Part shown: positions 37,948-46,450 of the stretch, one piece after another | Position numbering within the stretch: position 1 is the first letter of the stretch | How the letters are laid out: the number at the start of each line of letters is the position of its first letter | Origin: an uncultured Acidobacteriaceae bacterium | Lineage (GTDB): Bacteria; Acidobacteriota; Terriglobia; Terriglobales; Acidobacteriaceae | DNA: 64,000 nt | Reading direction: 5' to 3' | Assembly (NCBI GenBank): GCA_963782235.1 | Contig: CAWAIT010000005.1 | Location: 726,929 to 790,928 of the forward strand | Notes under the pieces: generated by a model | What the model was told of the DNA's origin: nothing | Databases searched by the model: none | What the model saw: the letters and a program-made list of their open reading frames with translations, nothing else | Position numbers and translations under genes: made by a program

Positions 37948-38766
37948 ATGGCTGCTACAACAATGCCGGCAACGCTTGCCCTACCGCGCCGCTCGCTTGG
38001 CGAGTGGATCGCCCTGTTCGCGCTGGAAGCCAAGTACGAAATCCTGAAGTACGTGCGGCTGCACATGTTCTCCATTTCCACGCTCATGTTTCCCACCATG
38101 TTTTATGTGCTCTTTGGGATCGTGCTGCCCAGTGGCGGTCATTGGAGCCGCGCGCAAACCGCAACCTACCTGTTGGCGACCATGGCATGCTACGGCGTGA
38201 TGGGCGTTGCCATGTTCAGCTTTGGGGTGGGCATCGCGATGGAGCGTGGCCAGGGATGGCTCCAGGTTAAGCGCGCCTCGCCAATGCCGCTGCCCGCGTA
38301 CTTCCTGGCCAAGATCGTGAACGCGATGGTGTTCGCGATAGCGATTTCGCTGCTGCTGCTCGTGGTCGGCGTGGCCTTCGGCGGAGTGCGCATGGCTCCA
38401 CTAATGGCATTGAAGCTGGTGAGCGTGCTGGTTCTCGGTTCCATTCCCTTCAGCGCGATGGGTCTGGCGCTGGGCTACTTCGCCAAGCCAAACTCGGCGC
38501 CCGCGATGGTCAACCTGGTGTACCTGCCAATGTCGTTCTGCTCAGGGTTGTGGATTCCGATCTTCGTTCTCCCCAAGGTCTTGCAGAACGTGGCCCAGGT
38601 ATTGCCGCCCTATCACGTTGCGCAACTGGCGCTGAATGCCATCGGAATGGATACGACTCCCAATCCAGTGTGGGAACATATTGAAGCGTTGATTGGAATG
38701 ACGCTGCTGTTCCTCGGCCTCGCGGCTTTTGGCTACTGGAAAGATGAAGGGGAAACGTACGGATAA
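37948..38766 (+). CDS. ABC-2 type transporter permease
   Basis: 272 aa, six hydrophobic spans, downstream of the ATPase gene. Confidence 0.85.
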   Translation: MAATTMPATLALPRRSLGEWIALFALEAKYEILKYVRLHMFSISTLMFPTMFYVLFGIVLPSGGHWSRAQTATYLLATMACYGVMGVAMFSFGVGIAMERGQGWLQVKRASPMPLPAYFLAKIVNAMVFAIAISLLLLVVGVAFGGVRMAPLMALKLVSVLVLGSIPFSAMGLALGYFAKPNSAPAMVNLVYLPMSFCSGLWIPIFVLPKVLQNVAQVLPPYHVAQLALNAIGMDTTPNPVWEHIEALIGMTLLFLGLAAFGYWKDEGETYG

Positions 38767-38841
38767 GCAGCTAGCAAATTAGCAATAAGCAATTAGTACC
38801 CGCAATCGACGAATACCAGCTTTTACGAACTGGTTTGAAAG

Positions 38842-38861
38842 GGCACGGCTTCAGCCGTGCC
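38842..38861. repeat. REP family 2 hairpin
   Basis: GGCACGGC-ttca-GCCGTGCC, perfect 8-bp stem. Confidence 0.7.
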
Positions 38862-38872
38862 GTAACAGGCGG

Positions 38873-40318
38873 TATAGACCGGGCAGATAGTTTACAGATT
38901 AGACCGGGCACATACTTTACACCAGGTTCGTTCACGAAGGCATGTACAACGAGGCATGCCTTGGAAAGTGAGCGGAGTGGTGGAACGACGCAAGCAGTTT
39001 GTGGCCGAGTACCAATCGGGCCAGGAGACGATGACGGAGTTATGCCAGGCGTATGAGATCTCGCGGCCGACCGGCTATGCGGTGCTGCGGCGGTATGAAG
39101 CGGGCGGCGAGCTGGGGCTGGCGGAGCGCAGCCGGGCGCCGCGGCGGCATGCTAACCAGACGCCTGTGGAGATCGAGCAAGCGGTGCTCGAACTGCGGCG
39201 CGAGCACCCGCGCTGGGGGCCGGTCAAGCTGCGGGCCAAGCTGGAGAAACGGGCGCCGCAGCAGGCGTGGCCGGCGGCGAGCACCATCGGCGCGATGCTG
39301 GATCGCGAAGGGCTGACGCGGCATCGGCGCCAGCGGCGGCGCACTCCGCCGTACACTCAGCCGCTGGCGGCGGCCAGCGAACCGAACCGCGTCTGGTGCG
39401 CCGATTTCAAGGGCTGGTTTCGCAGCGGTGATGGGACACGCATCGATCCGCTGACCATGATGGATGTGCACAGCCGGTATCTGCTGCGGGTGCAGGCGGT
39501 GGAGAAAACGGACACGGCGCGGGTGCGAGCGATCTTCGAGGCGGGGTTTCGCGAGTATGGGATGCCACTGGCGATCCGCAGTGATAATGGGGCGCCGTTC
39601 GCCTCGCGGGCGCTAGCGGGGCTGTCGCGGCTATCAGTGTGGTGGATGAAGCTGGGCATCGTGGCGGAGCGCATCGAGCCGGAACATCCGGAGCAGAACG
39701 GGGCGCACGAGCGGATGCATCGCACCTTGGCCGAGGAGACGGCGTCGCCGCCGGCCTACGACGCGCGCAGCCAGCAGCGGGCGTTCGATGGCTTCCGTCG
39801 CATGTACAACGAAGAGCGGCCGCACCACGCCCTGGCCATGCGCACCCCGAGCGAAGTGTATGAGCTCTCGCCGCGGGCGTATCCGGCGCGCGTGCCGGAG
39901 CCGGAGTACGGCAGCGCCCTGAAGGTGCGACGGGTGCACAAGCACGGGCAGTTCTGCTGGAACTACCACGATGTGTTTCTCAGCAAAGTGCTGTATGGCA
40001 AACGTATCGGCTTGTTGCCGCTGGATGATCGTTATTATCGGGTGTACTTCGCGACCTTTCCCTTGGCCCGGTTCGACAGCTATGAGTTGCGCATCGAGCC
40101 GCTGCCGGCCGGAGACGAAGACGAAGCGGAGGAAGAAGAATGTGGAGTGCAAGGCTGACCGGAGGCGCGGGGAAATGTGGAAATCGCAAACAGCGCGATT
40201 CCCACATTCCCCCGACGACGACTACTAAGTATTTATAAAGGCTCAAGAACCAGAAAACTAACCGAAAAGTGTAAAGTATGTCCCCGGTCTGAAATGTAAA
40301 CAATGTCCCCGGCTGGAC
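38873..40318 (+). mobile_element. IS481-family insertion sequence (~1.45 kb) with ~50-bp bipartite terminal inverted repeats
   Basis: Left end TATAGACCGGGCAGATAGTTTACAGATTAGACCGGGCACATACTTTACAC matches the reverse complement of the right end GTCCAGCCGGGGACATTGTTTACATTTCAGACCGGGGACATACTTTACAC. Single intact transposase ORF. Exact termini +/-10 nt. No target duplication recognised. Confidence 0.8.
38956..40158 (+). CDS. IS481-family DDE (rve/integrase-core) transposase
   Basis: 400 aa. N-terminal HTH (ELCQAYEISRPTGYAVLRRY), VWCADFKGWF, RSDNGAPF, and NGAHERMHRTL...ERPHHAL catalytic-core motifs. Confidence 0.88.
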   Translation: MPWKVSGVVERRKQFVAEYQSGQETMTELCQAYEISRPTGYAVLRRYEAGGELGLAERSRAPRRHANQTPVEIEQAVLELRREHPRWGPVKLRAKLEKRAPQQAWPAASTIGAMLDREGLTRHRRQRRRTPPYTQPLAAASEPNRVWCADFKGWFRSGDGTRIDPLTMMDVHSRYLLRVQAVEKTDTARVRAIFEAGFREYGMPLAIRSDNGAPFASRALAGLSRLSVWWMKLGIVAERIEPEHPEQNGAHERMHRTLAEETASPPAYDARSQQRAFDGFRRMYNEERPHHALAMRTPSEVYELSPRAYPARVPEPEYGSALKVRRVHKHGQFCWNYHDVFLSKVLYGKRIGLLPLDDRYYRVYFATFPLARFDSYELRIEPLPAGDEDEAEEEECGVQG

Positions 40319-40332
40319 GGATCCTTCAAATT

Positions 40333-40349
40333 AGGGGCTTCAGCCCCTG
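40333..40349. repeat. REP family 2 hairpin variant
   Basis: AGGGGC-ttca-GCCCCT. Confidence 0.6.
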
Positions 40350-40538
40350 AGGGTTTTCTTATGACACGCTGTAGTTTGGAATGGATGATCTTTATCGTCG
40401 CAATGTTAGTTTTCCTGGCGCTGGCGCTCGCGGGCCGCTGGACAGATTTGGGAATAGCTCTAATCGTAACCGGCGTACTGTGGTACACACTGGTTCCGGA
40501 GTATCACTCGGGGCGACAATAAGGAAAGCTAGGGCAGC

Positions 40539-41660
40539 ATGAAGTTGCTGAAGAAAATCTGGGCCTGGGTTTATCCCATAAAGGACACAGAACATTGGTG
40601 GATGCCGCTCATCTGGCTCCCCTTCATGTTCTGGTTTTTCATCGCCCCAATGTGGAAGCACGCCAACCTGCTCCATTGGATCGTTAACACCATTGTAGGC
40701 ATTGTCTTCATATGGCTATACCTGCAAGCCTTCGCCCGCGGTGGCCGAATGCGGGTGATCTGCACGCTGATCATGCTGGCTCTCGCCGCCGCGACAACAC
40801 CCTACAACGGTGTCGGGATCACCCTGCTCATCTACTGCGCTGCCGCCGGCAGCTTTACCACCAGCCGCATCCGGGTGCTGGGTTTCATGGCGGTGGAAAT
40901 CGCAATGCTGCTGTTCTACGCCCACCGCCTGCACCTTGATTTCGGCTTCTGGGGCTCCATCCTGATGCTGCTTGCGCTGGTCGGGCTGGCCAATCACTTT
41001 GCGGCCGTCTCACATTGTCAGAAGCAACAGCTGCGGCTGGCCAACAGCGAGATCGAGCACCTGGCCAAGGTCGCTGAGCGTGAACGCATCGCGCGCGATC
41101 TGCACGATGTGCTGGGGCATACGTTGTCGCTGATCACGCTGAAGTCGGAGCTGGCGCGCAAGCTCGTCGATCGTGATCCCGAGCGCGCCAAGCTGGAAAT
41201 GCAGGACGTGGAGAACACTTCGCGCGCCGCATTGGCCGATGTTCGCGAGGCGATTCGCGGGTATCGCAGCGACGGTTTCTTTGCAGAGCTGGGGCGTGCT
41301 CGGGCGGCGCTGGAAACTGCCGGCGTCACCCTGAAGTGCGACACTGCGCCCCTGGAGTTGAGCCCGGCACAGGAGTCGGTGCTGGCGCTGGTGCTGCGTG
41401 AGGCGGTCACCAACGTCGTGCGTCACGCCGAAGCGCAACGCTGCGAAGTTCGGCTGGTGAGGGAAGACGCGCTCTGCCGGCTGGAGATCGCCGACGACGG
41501 ATGTGGCGGCGATGCTCCCGAGGGCAACGGGCTGCGCGGCATGCGCGAGCGTTTGCAGGCCATCGGAGGATCGCTCGAGCGCCTGACCGGGCATGGGACC
41601 CGGCTGGTCATTCAATTGCCTCTCGCCCCTGGGTGGAGTGCGCCTTCAGGCGTACAGTAG
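40539..41660 (+). CDS. HisKA_3-type sensor histidine kinase (DesK/NarX-like)
   Basis: Five N-terminal TM spans, H-box RIARDLHDVLGHTLSLI, HATPase_c (NVVRHAEA..., DDGCGG, GNGLRGMRERL). Confidence 0.88.
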   Translation: MKLLKKIWAWVYPIKDTEHWWMPLIWLPFMFWFFIAPMWKHANLLHWIVNTIVGIVFIWLYLQAFARGGRMRVICTLIMLALAAATTPYNGVGITLLIYCAAAGSFTTSRIRVLGFMAVEIAMLLFYAHRLHLDFGFWGSILMLLALVGLANHFAAVSHCQKQQLRLANSEIEHLAKVAERERIARDLHDVLGHTLSLITLKSELARKLVDRDPERAKLEMQDVENTSRAALADVREAIRGYRSDGFFAELGRARAALETAGVTLKCDTAPLELSPAQESVLALVLREAVTNVVRHAEAQRCEVRLVREDALCRLEIADDGCGGDAPEGNGLRGMRERLQAIGGSLERLTGHGTRLVIQLPLAPGWSAPSGVQ

Positions 41661-41723
41661 AGTCGTAAACCACAGAGACACAGAGGCACAGACTAAACTG
41701 AACTATTTCTTCTCTGTGTCTCG

Positions 41724-42392
41724 GTGCCTCGGTGGTTTTATTTTTGGTTAGAGCTACCTGGAACTGTGCCCGCCACCAAACGCGACAAAATACGAGTGCT
41801 GCTGGCCGAAGACCAGACCATGGTGCTCGGCGCGCTCGCTGCGCTGCTGGAGATGGAGGACGACATCGAGGTCGTCGCCCGCGCGCGCTCCGGCGACGAA
41901 GCGCTAAAGCTCATCCAGCAGCATCGTCCCTCCGTCTTCATCACCGACATCGAAATGCCCACCATGACCGGCTTGGAAGTCGCCGCCGAGCTGAAGCGTC
42001 GCGGCCTGCCGGTTCGCGTCATCATCCTTACGACGTTCGCACGGGCGGGATATCTGCGCCGCGCGCTCGATGCGGGCGCGTCAGGCTATCTGCTGAAAGA
42101 CATGCCTGCGGAGCAGCTCGCCGAAGCGGTGCGCCGCGTGCATCGCGGATTGCGAGTGATTGATCCGCAGCTTGCCGCCGAAGCCTGGACGGAAGAGCCC
42201 GATCCGCTGACCGAGCGCGAGCGCCAGGTCTTGCGATTGGCGGGGGAAGGCATGGCCAGCTCCGATATTGCGACCGAGCTGAATCTGTCAGAGGGAACGG
42301 TCAGGAATTATCTGTCCGAGGCGATCAGCAAGATGGGCGCGGCGAACCGGGTCGAGGCGGCGAGGTTGGCAAGGGCGAAGGGGTGGCTGTGA
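41724..42392 (+). CDS. LuxR/NarL-family response regulator (probable GTG start at 41766)
   Basis: Receiver domain (IRVLLAEDQTMVL...VFITDIEMP...) plus a LuxR HTH (LTERERQVLRLAGEGMASSDIATELNLSEGTVRNYLSEAISKMG). Confidence 0.9.
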   Translation: MPRWFYFWLELPGTVPATKRDKIRVLLAEDQTMVLGALAALLEMEDDIEVVARARSGDEALKLIQQHRPSVFITDIEMPTMTGLEVAAELKRRGLPVRVIILTTFARAGYLRRALDAGASGYLLKDMPAEQLAEAVRRVHRGLRVIDPQLAAEAWTEEPDPLTERERQVLRLAGEGMASSDIATELNLSEGTVRNYLSEAISKMGAANRVEAARLARAKGWL

Positions 42393-42471
42393 GTTCGGTT
42401 GTCACGCCTCAACGAACCCATCCGACATTGTCAGACCCAACGGCATTATTGGCGCTTTTCCATCCCTGGTT

Positions 42472-42502
42472 GTCATCCTAGTCTAGCGAAGCGAAGGACC
42501 TG
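42472..42502 (+). repeat. REP family 1 copy
   Basis: GTCATCCTAGTCTAGCGAAGCGAAGGACCTG. Confidence 0.7.
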
Positions 42503-42514
42503 TTTTTGACTCTG

Positions 42515-42617
42515 AGCCCGAAGGGCGTGCCATGATAGCCCAGCACGGAGCACAGCGGAGTGCTGGGTAAGCTTGTTTAAGAAAATTCCGAGTCCCGTAG
42601 GGACGGCAGCGTTTTCG
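42515..42617 (+). repeat. ~103-bp structured repeat element, copy A
   Basis: AGCCCGAAGGGCGTGCCATGATAGCCCAGCACGGAGCACAGCGGAGTGCTGGGTAAGCTTGTTT...GTAGGGACGGCAGCGTTTTCGA. An inverted second copy lies at 44773..44878. Confidence 0.75.
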
Positions 42618-42949
42618 AGGCGTTACGCGAGAATGGCGCTATCAGAGTGACAGAACCAGACCTCTCTTCGCTAGAATCAAAGCTGTGAAATTGCACTTGT
42701 ACGCTGCTTCGTTGCTGCTGGGCATGGTGTGCTTTGTGAACGCACAAACACAAGCACCTAACCTGAGATACGAGGTGCGCGGTGATGTGAAGGCTCCCAA
42801 GCCAATTTCGACTCCAATACCAGCTCCACCTGACAGCACACCAACTAACAAGCAGCTTAAGGTGGTTGTCTCTTTCATCGTCGCGCCGGACGGCTCCGTA
42901 GCGGATGCCAGAGTTGTAAAACGGTCTACACCCGATTTTGATAGTTACG

Positions 42950-44638
42950 CCTTAACCCGGATTTCTCATCAGTAGTAAACAACCACGAGTAATTCACAGT
43001 AGAAAAAGGCCGTCTTTTCAGGCATAACTGCGGTGTGAAACGAAGTCGATGCCCCAAAAAGAAACGGCCTTTCTCATGACAGAGTGTACTCAAGAATCGT
43101 TCGCGTTTGCAGATCATTTTTCGCGGCGGGTAGTGGCCAACTTCGACGGCGCCCGCATGACCAGCGACGGCGGCGGCCTGCTGTTGCGCCGCACCAACCG
43201 CAAAATCCGCTTGCTCGAGCGGGCGACGGATTGCTTCACCGATGGGCGCGATCCGGCGCGGGTCGAGCACAGCGTGGGCGAGATGCTGGCGCAGCGCATC
43301 TACGGGCTGGCGCTGGGCTATGAAGATCTCAACGATCATGAGCAACTGCGCCACGATCCCCTGCTCGCGGTGCTGGCCGGCAAGCGCGAACTGGAAGAAC
43401 CGCTGGCCGGCAAAAGCACGCTCAACCGCATGGAGTTGACGCCGGCGGCGGCTGCCGATCGCTATCACAAGATCAGCTACGCGGCCGAGCGGTTGGACGC
43501 GCTGCTGGTGGATATTTTCCTGGAAGCGCACACCAAGCCTCCAGCGGAGGTCGTGCTCGATCTGGATGTCACCGACACGCCGTTGCACGGCGAGCAGGAA
43601 GCGCGCTTCTTCCACGGCTACTACGGCGAGTACTGTTACTTGCCGCTGTACATCTTTTGCGGCGAGCATCTACTGTGCGCCCGCCAGCGGGCTTCCAATC
43701 AAGATGCCAGCGCAGGCGCGCGCGCCGAAGTGAAACGCATCGTGGGCCAGATTCGGCAGCGCTGGCCGCAGGTGAAAATCATTCTGCGCGCCGACTCCGG
43801 CTTCTGCCGCGAGGAGCTGATGGCCTGGTGCGAAGCTGAGCACGTGGACTATGTCTTCGGGCTGGCGCGCAATGAGCGGCTGGAGGCGGAAATCGCCGCC
43901 CTCCTGGCCGAGGCCCGCAGCCAACACCAGCAGACGCAGCAAGCGACCCGCGTCTTCGGCGAGTTCTCCTATCAGACGCGCAGCAGTTGGTCATGCGCCC
44001 GTCGCGTGGTGGCCAAGGCCGAGTATCTCGACAAGGGCCCCAACCCGCGCTTCGTGGTCACCTCGCTGAGTCCCACAGAGTGGGAGGCGCGCGCGCGCTA
44101 TGAACAGCTCTACTGCGCTCGCGGCGAGATGGAAAACCGCATCAAGGAGCAGCTCTCGCTGTTCGCCGATCGCATGAGCACCGCTACCCTGCGCGCCAAT
44201 CAGTTGCGGCTGTACCTGTCGTCGTTGGCCTATGTGCTGGTGCACGCTCTGCGGCGGCTGGCCTTGGCGGGCACCGCCTGGGCGCACGCCCAGGTGAACA
44301 CGATTCGACTGCGGCTGCTGAAGATTGCCGCCGAGGTGCGCCTCAGCGCCCGCCGTATCTGCCTGCGCTATCCCCGCGCTTATCCCTGGAAAGCGCTGTT
44401 TGCCGCCGCCTGGCAGGCGCTGCGCTGCTGAGCGCGCTTTGGGCGTCACCTGCAACCCGATTCTGCCTGGCAGTCGCGGCCCCCACACGCTCGCAATCGC
44501 CCACCTCCCTCCGGGCCTTCGCTCGGGCCGCTGCTCCCTCCCAGAAAAACCCGACCCCGCCTCGCCGGACCGCGATCCCTCGCCCCATCTCGACCTCCCC
44601 GTCATTCCTCGACCGCGTGGTGAGAAATTCGGGCTAGG
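42950..44638 (+). mobile_element. IS1380-family insertion sequence (~1.7 kb)
   Basis: Terminal inverted repeats: CCTTAACCCGGATTTCTCATC (left) versus the reverse complement of GGTGAGAAATTCGGGCTAGG (right). Single intact 460-aa transposase. Target duplication not resolved. Confidence 0.8.
43049..44431 (+). CDS. IS1380-family DDE transposase
   Basis: Family-typical N-terminus FDGARMTSDGGGLLLRRTNRKIRLLE...RIYGLALGYEDLNDHEQLRHDPL. DDE region (VLDLDVTDTPLHG, LRADSGF, YCARGEMENRIKE). Confidence 0.88.
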   Translation: MPQKETAFLMTECTQESFAFADHFSRRVVANFDGARMTSDGGGLLLRRTNRKIRLLERATDCFTDGRDPARVEHSVGEMLAQRIYGLALGYEDLNDHEQLRHDPLLAVLAGKRELEEPLAGKSTLNRMELTPAAAADRYHKISYAAERLDALLVDIFLEAHTKPPAEVVLDLDVTDTPLHGEQEARFFHGYYGEYCYLPLYIFCGEHLLCARQRASNQDASAGARAEVKRIVGQIRQRWPQVKIILRADSGFCREELMAWCEAEHVDYVFGLARNERLEAEIAALLAEARSQHQQTQQATRVFGEFSYQTRSSWSCARRVVAKAEYLDKGPNPRFVVTSLSPTEWEARARYEQLYCARGEMENRIKEQLSLFADRMSTATLRANQLRLYLSSLAYVLVHALRRLALAGTAWAHAQVNTIRLRLLKIAAEVRLSARRICLRYPRAYPWKALFAAAWQALRC

Positions 44639-44772
44639 AGTAGTGCGTAGTTGGAAATTTGAACCGGCGACGAAAGGAGGCATTCCCGTCGCCGTACGCC
44701 TCGAAACGGAGATGCACTCGCATCAGTGAATTACTGCTTGTACATCGCCACATCACAACCGAGGTCTTTGTT

Positions 44773-44878
44773 TCGAAAGCGCTGCCGTCCCTACAGGACT
44801 CTAGAATTTTCAAAACAAGCTTACCCAGGACTCCGCCTTCGGCTCCGTCCTGGGCTGTCATGGCACGCCCTTCGGGCT
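44773..44878 (-). repeat. ~103-bp structured repeat element, copy B (inverted)
   Basis: The reverse complement reads AGCCCGAAGGGCGTGCCATGACAGCCCAGGACGGAGCCGAAGGCGGAGTCCTGGGTAAGCTTGTTT...GTAGGGACGGCAGCGCTTTCGA. Confidence 0.75.
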
Positions 44879-44938
44879 TGGAGCTTCGAGCAGCGAAGGC
44901 ACCTGGCATTTTCGATTTTCTCGGCGCACGCGAACAAA

Positions 44939-44975
44939 GCAGGTCCTTCGGTTGCCGGGGCGACCTCGGAATGAC
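44939..44975 (-). repeat. REP family 1 copy
   Basis: The reverse complement reads GTCATTCCGAGGTCGCCCCGGCAACCGAAGGACCTGC. Confidence 0.65.
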
Positions 44976-45066
44976 AAATCAAAATATGATGGCAAAGCGC
45001 AACTAAAGCTGCGCCCCTTCCAAGCTGACCTCGAATTCCTTGATCAGCTCCCAAGGCGCGCCGCAG

Positions 45067-45348
45067 TCAAACAAGTTCGAGCCGCTTGAGTTTGAGCCGG
45101 TCGCGGCGGACATGGGCCAGGTCATATTGGGCCTGTTGCACTAGCCAGCCCTGTTCGGTGCCGCCGAAAACCTGGGACAGCCTCACCGCCATTTCGGGCG
45201 ATATGCCGCGCTTTCCATTCACCAGTTCCGAAAGCGTGTTGCGCGTCACTCCGAGGGCTTCGGCGGCGTCGGTGATCGTCAAGCCCAAGGGCTCGATGCA
45301 CTCCCGCAATACAACGAGGCCGGGGTGAGGTGGGTTCTTCATGGTCAT
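45067..45348 (-). CDS. higA: HigA-family antitoxin (XRE-type HTH)
   Basis: [62 protein letters not shown]. 72 of 91 residues are identical to the HigA at 60844..61125 by hand alignment. Confidence 0.85.
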   Translation of the reverse strand: MTMKNPPHPGLVVLRECIEPLGLTITDAAEALGVTRNTLSELVNGKRGISPEMAVRLSQVFGGTEQGWLVQQAQYDLAHVRRDRLKLKRLELV

Positions 45349-45361
45349 GGGCCGATCCTTG

Positions 45362-45440
45362 TCAGTGGTAGTCAATGTAATCAACCTCCTCCGCTCCGTC
45401 GTCGAAACGAAAGATTACCCGCCAGTTGGCGCGGGCGGAG
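45362..45440 (-). pseudogene. higB: higB toxin remnant (last ~23 codons only)
   Basis: [23 protein letters not shown]-stop matches the C-terminus of intact HigB ([24 protein letters not shown]). Same ~13-nt spacing to higA. Nothing HigB-like lies upstream. Confidence 0.75.
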
Positions 45441-45453
45441 GGGCGGTTTTGAT

Positions 45454-46377
45454 CTATGAAGCGAAACCACCACCGGGGTTAGATCCGCCGCCAGGATTAA
45501 ACCGGCCTCCCCGCTCTAAGATATCTGCCACTTCCAGTTCGGGGCTATCGCGCAGTTCGGCTTCGTTTCGTGACTGCACTACATCCTCGGGTTGCAAGCT
45601 TCTTTCTTCCAGTATTGCTTCAGGATTACGAATCTTCAGATCGTGGAGATGTAGTCGATCGTCCCAGGCGCCGTCCTGATCGCCGATGGCCTCCCGAACT
45701 AGGGCTCGGCTTTCCCACGCCTCTGCGAAATCTGGCCTCAGGCGGATAGCTTCGCTGAAGAAGTGCTGCTTCTTTTCCAGGTCGGCGGCCACATATCCCC
45801 GCTCGAAAAAGATTAGAGCCCTAAGGTTGTCTTTGGTCACTGCAGGAACGAAATCCGCCTCAGACTCCTGTTCCGGCGACTGTTCCTGCGTTGCATCTTC
45901 CTGTACGGGAATTTCAACATCGACGGGCACCCCGAGGAAATCCTTTCGGAGGCGCATCATGCATTCATCGAAGTAATCAACGTGGAACGGAACCCCGTTA
46001 TAGTTGCCAAGTGCGGCAACAGGCAATTGAGAAACTCGCTTCATGACGGAGGCAAAATTGAACTCGTCGGCGTCTTCGGGTTCCGGCACTATTGGCACGA
46101 CATTTCGTTTCGTCCTGAGCGCGGTTTCAATTTCGTGTCGCATCCAGTCGTCGGGATCGCTGCACCTGTCCACTCCAGAGGGAGTCAAAATGGGAAGGAA
46201 GTGGGCTCGCGAAACTATGCCTCTGATGATAGCGGGCCCGAAGAGACCAGAGCCGGTACTCTTCTTGTCAAAAAATGCGCTAAAGCGATGCAGTCGTAGG
46301 TCTAGATAAACGCACCTTGCAAAGTCCGGCTGGCTGCGCCGGTAGCTTACAAAGACGGTTTTGTGCACTTGAAACAT
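45454..46377 (-). CDS. TIR-domain protein with TPR-like C-terminal region
   Basis: VFVSYRRSQPDFARCVYLDL...DPDDWMRHEIETALRTKRNVVPIV (TIR_2-like), then FFERGYVAADLEKKQHFFSEAIRLRPDFAEAWESRALVREAIGD (TPR-like), then a Gly/Pro tail. Confidence 0.8.
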   Translation of the reverse strand: MFQVHKTVFVSYRRSQPDFARCVYLDLRLHRFSAFFDKKSTGSGLFGPAIIRGIVSRAHFLPILTPSGVDRCSDPDDWMRHEIETALRTKRNVVPIVPEPEDADEFNFASVMKRVSQLPVAALGNYNGVPFHVDYFDECMMRLRKDFLGVPVDVEIPVQEDATQEQSPEQESEADFVPAVTKDNLRALIFFERGYVAADLEKKQHFFSEAIRLRPDFAEAWESRALVREAIGDQDGAWDDRLHLHDLKIRNPEAILEERSLQPEDVVQSRNEAELRDSPELEVADILERGGRFNPGGGSNPGGGFAS

Positions 46378-46450
46378 CGGAACCTCCCTTGCTCATGTAG
46401 CAACGGTCGCTTGTCGCCTGCCCTCACTGACACGAGCAGTTCTAGCAACC

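Larger units (their letters stand above)
42685..44729 (+). pseudogene. TonB C-terminal-domain protein interrupted by an IS1380-family element
   Basis: The 5' part (signal, Pro-rich linker, VVVSFIVAPDGSVADARVVKRSTPDFD) ends at the IS left end. The 3' part (LGVVRSWKFEPATKGGIPVAVRLETEMH) resumes at the IS right end. Confidence 0.75.
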
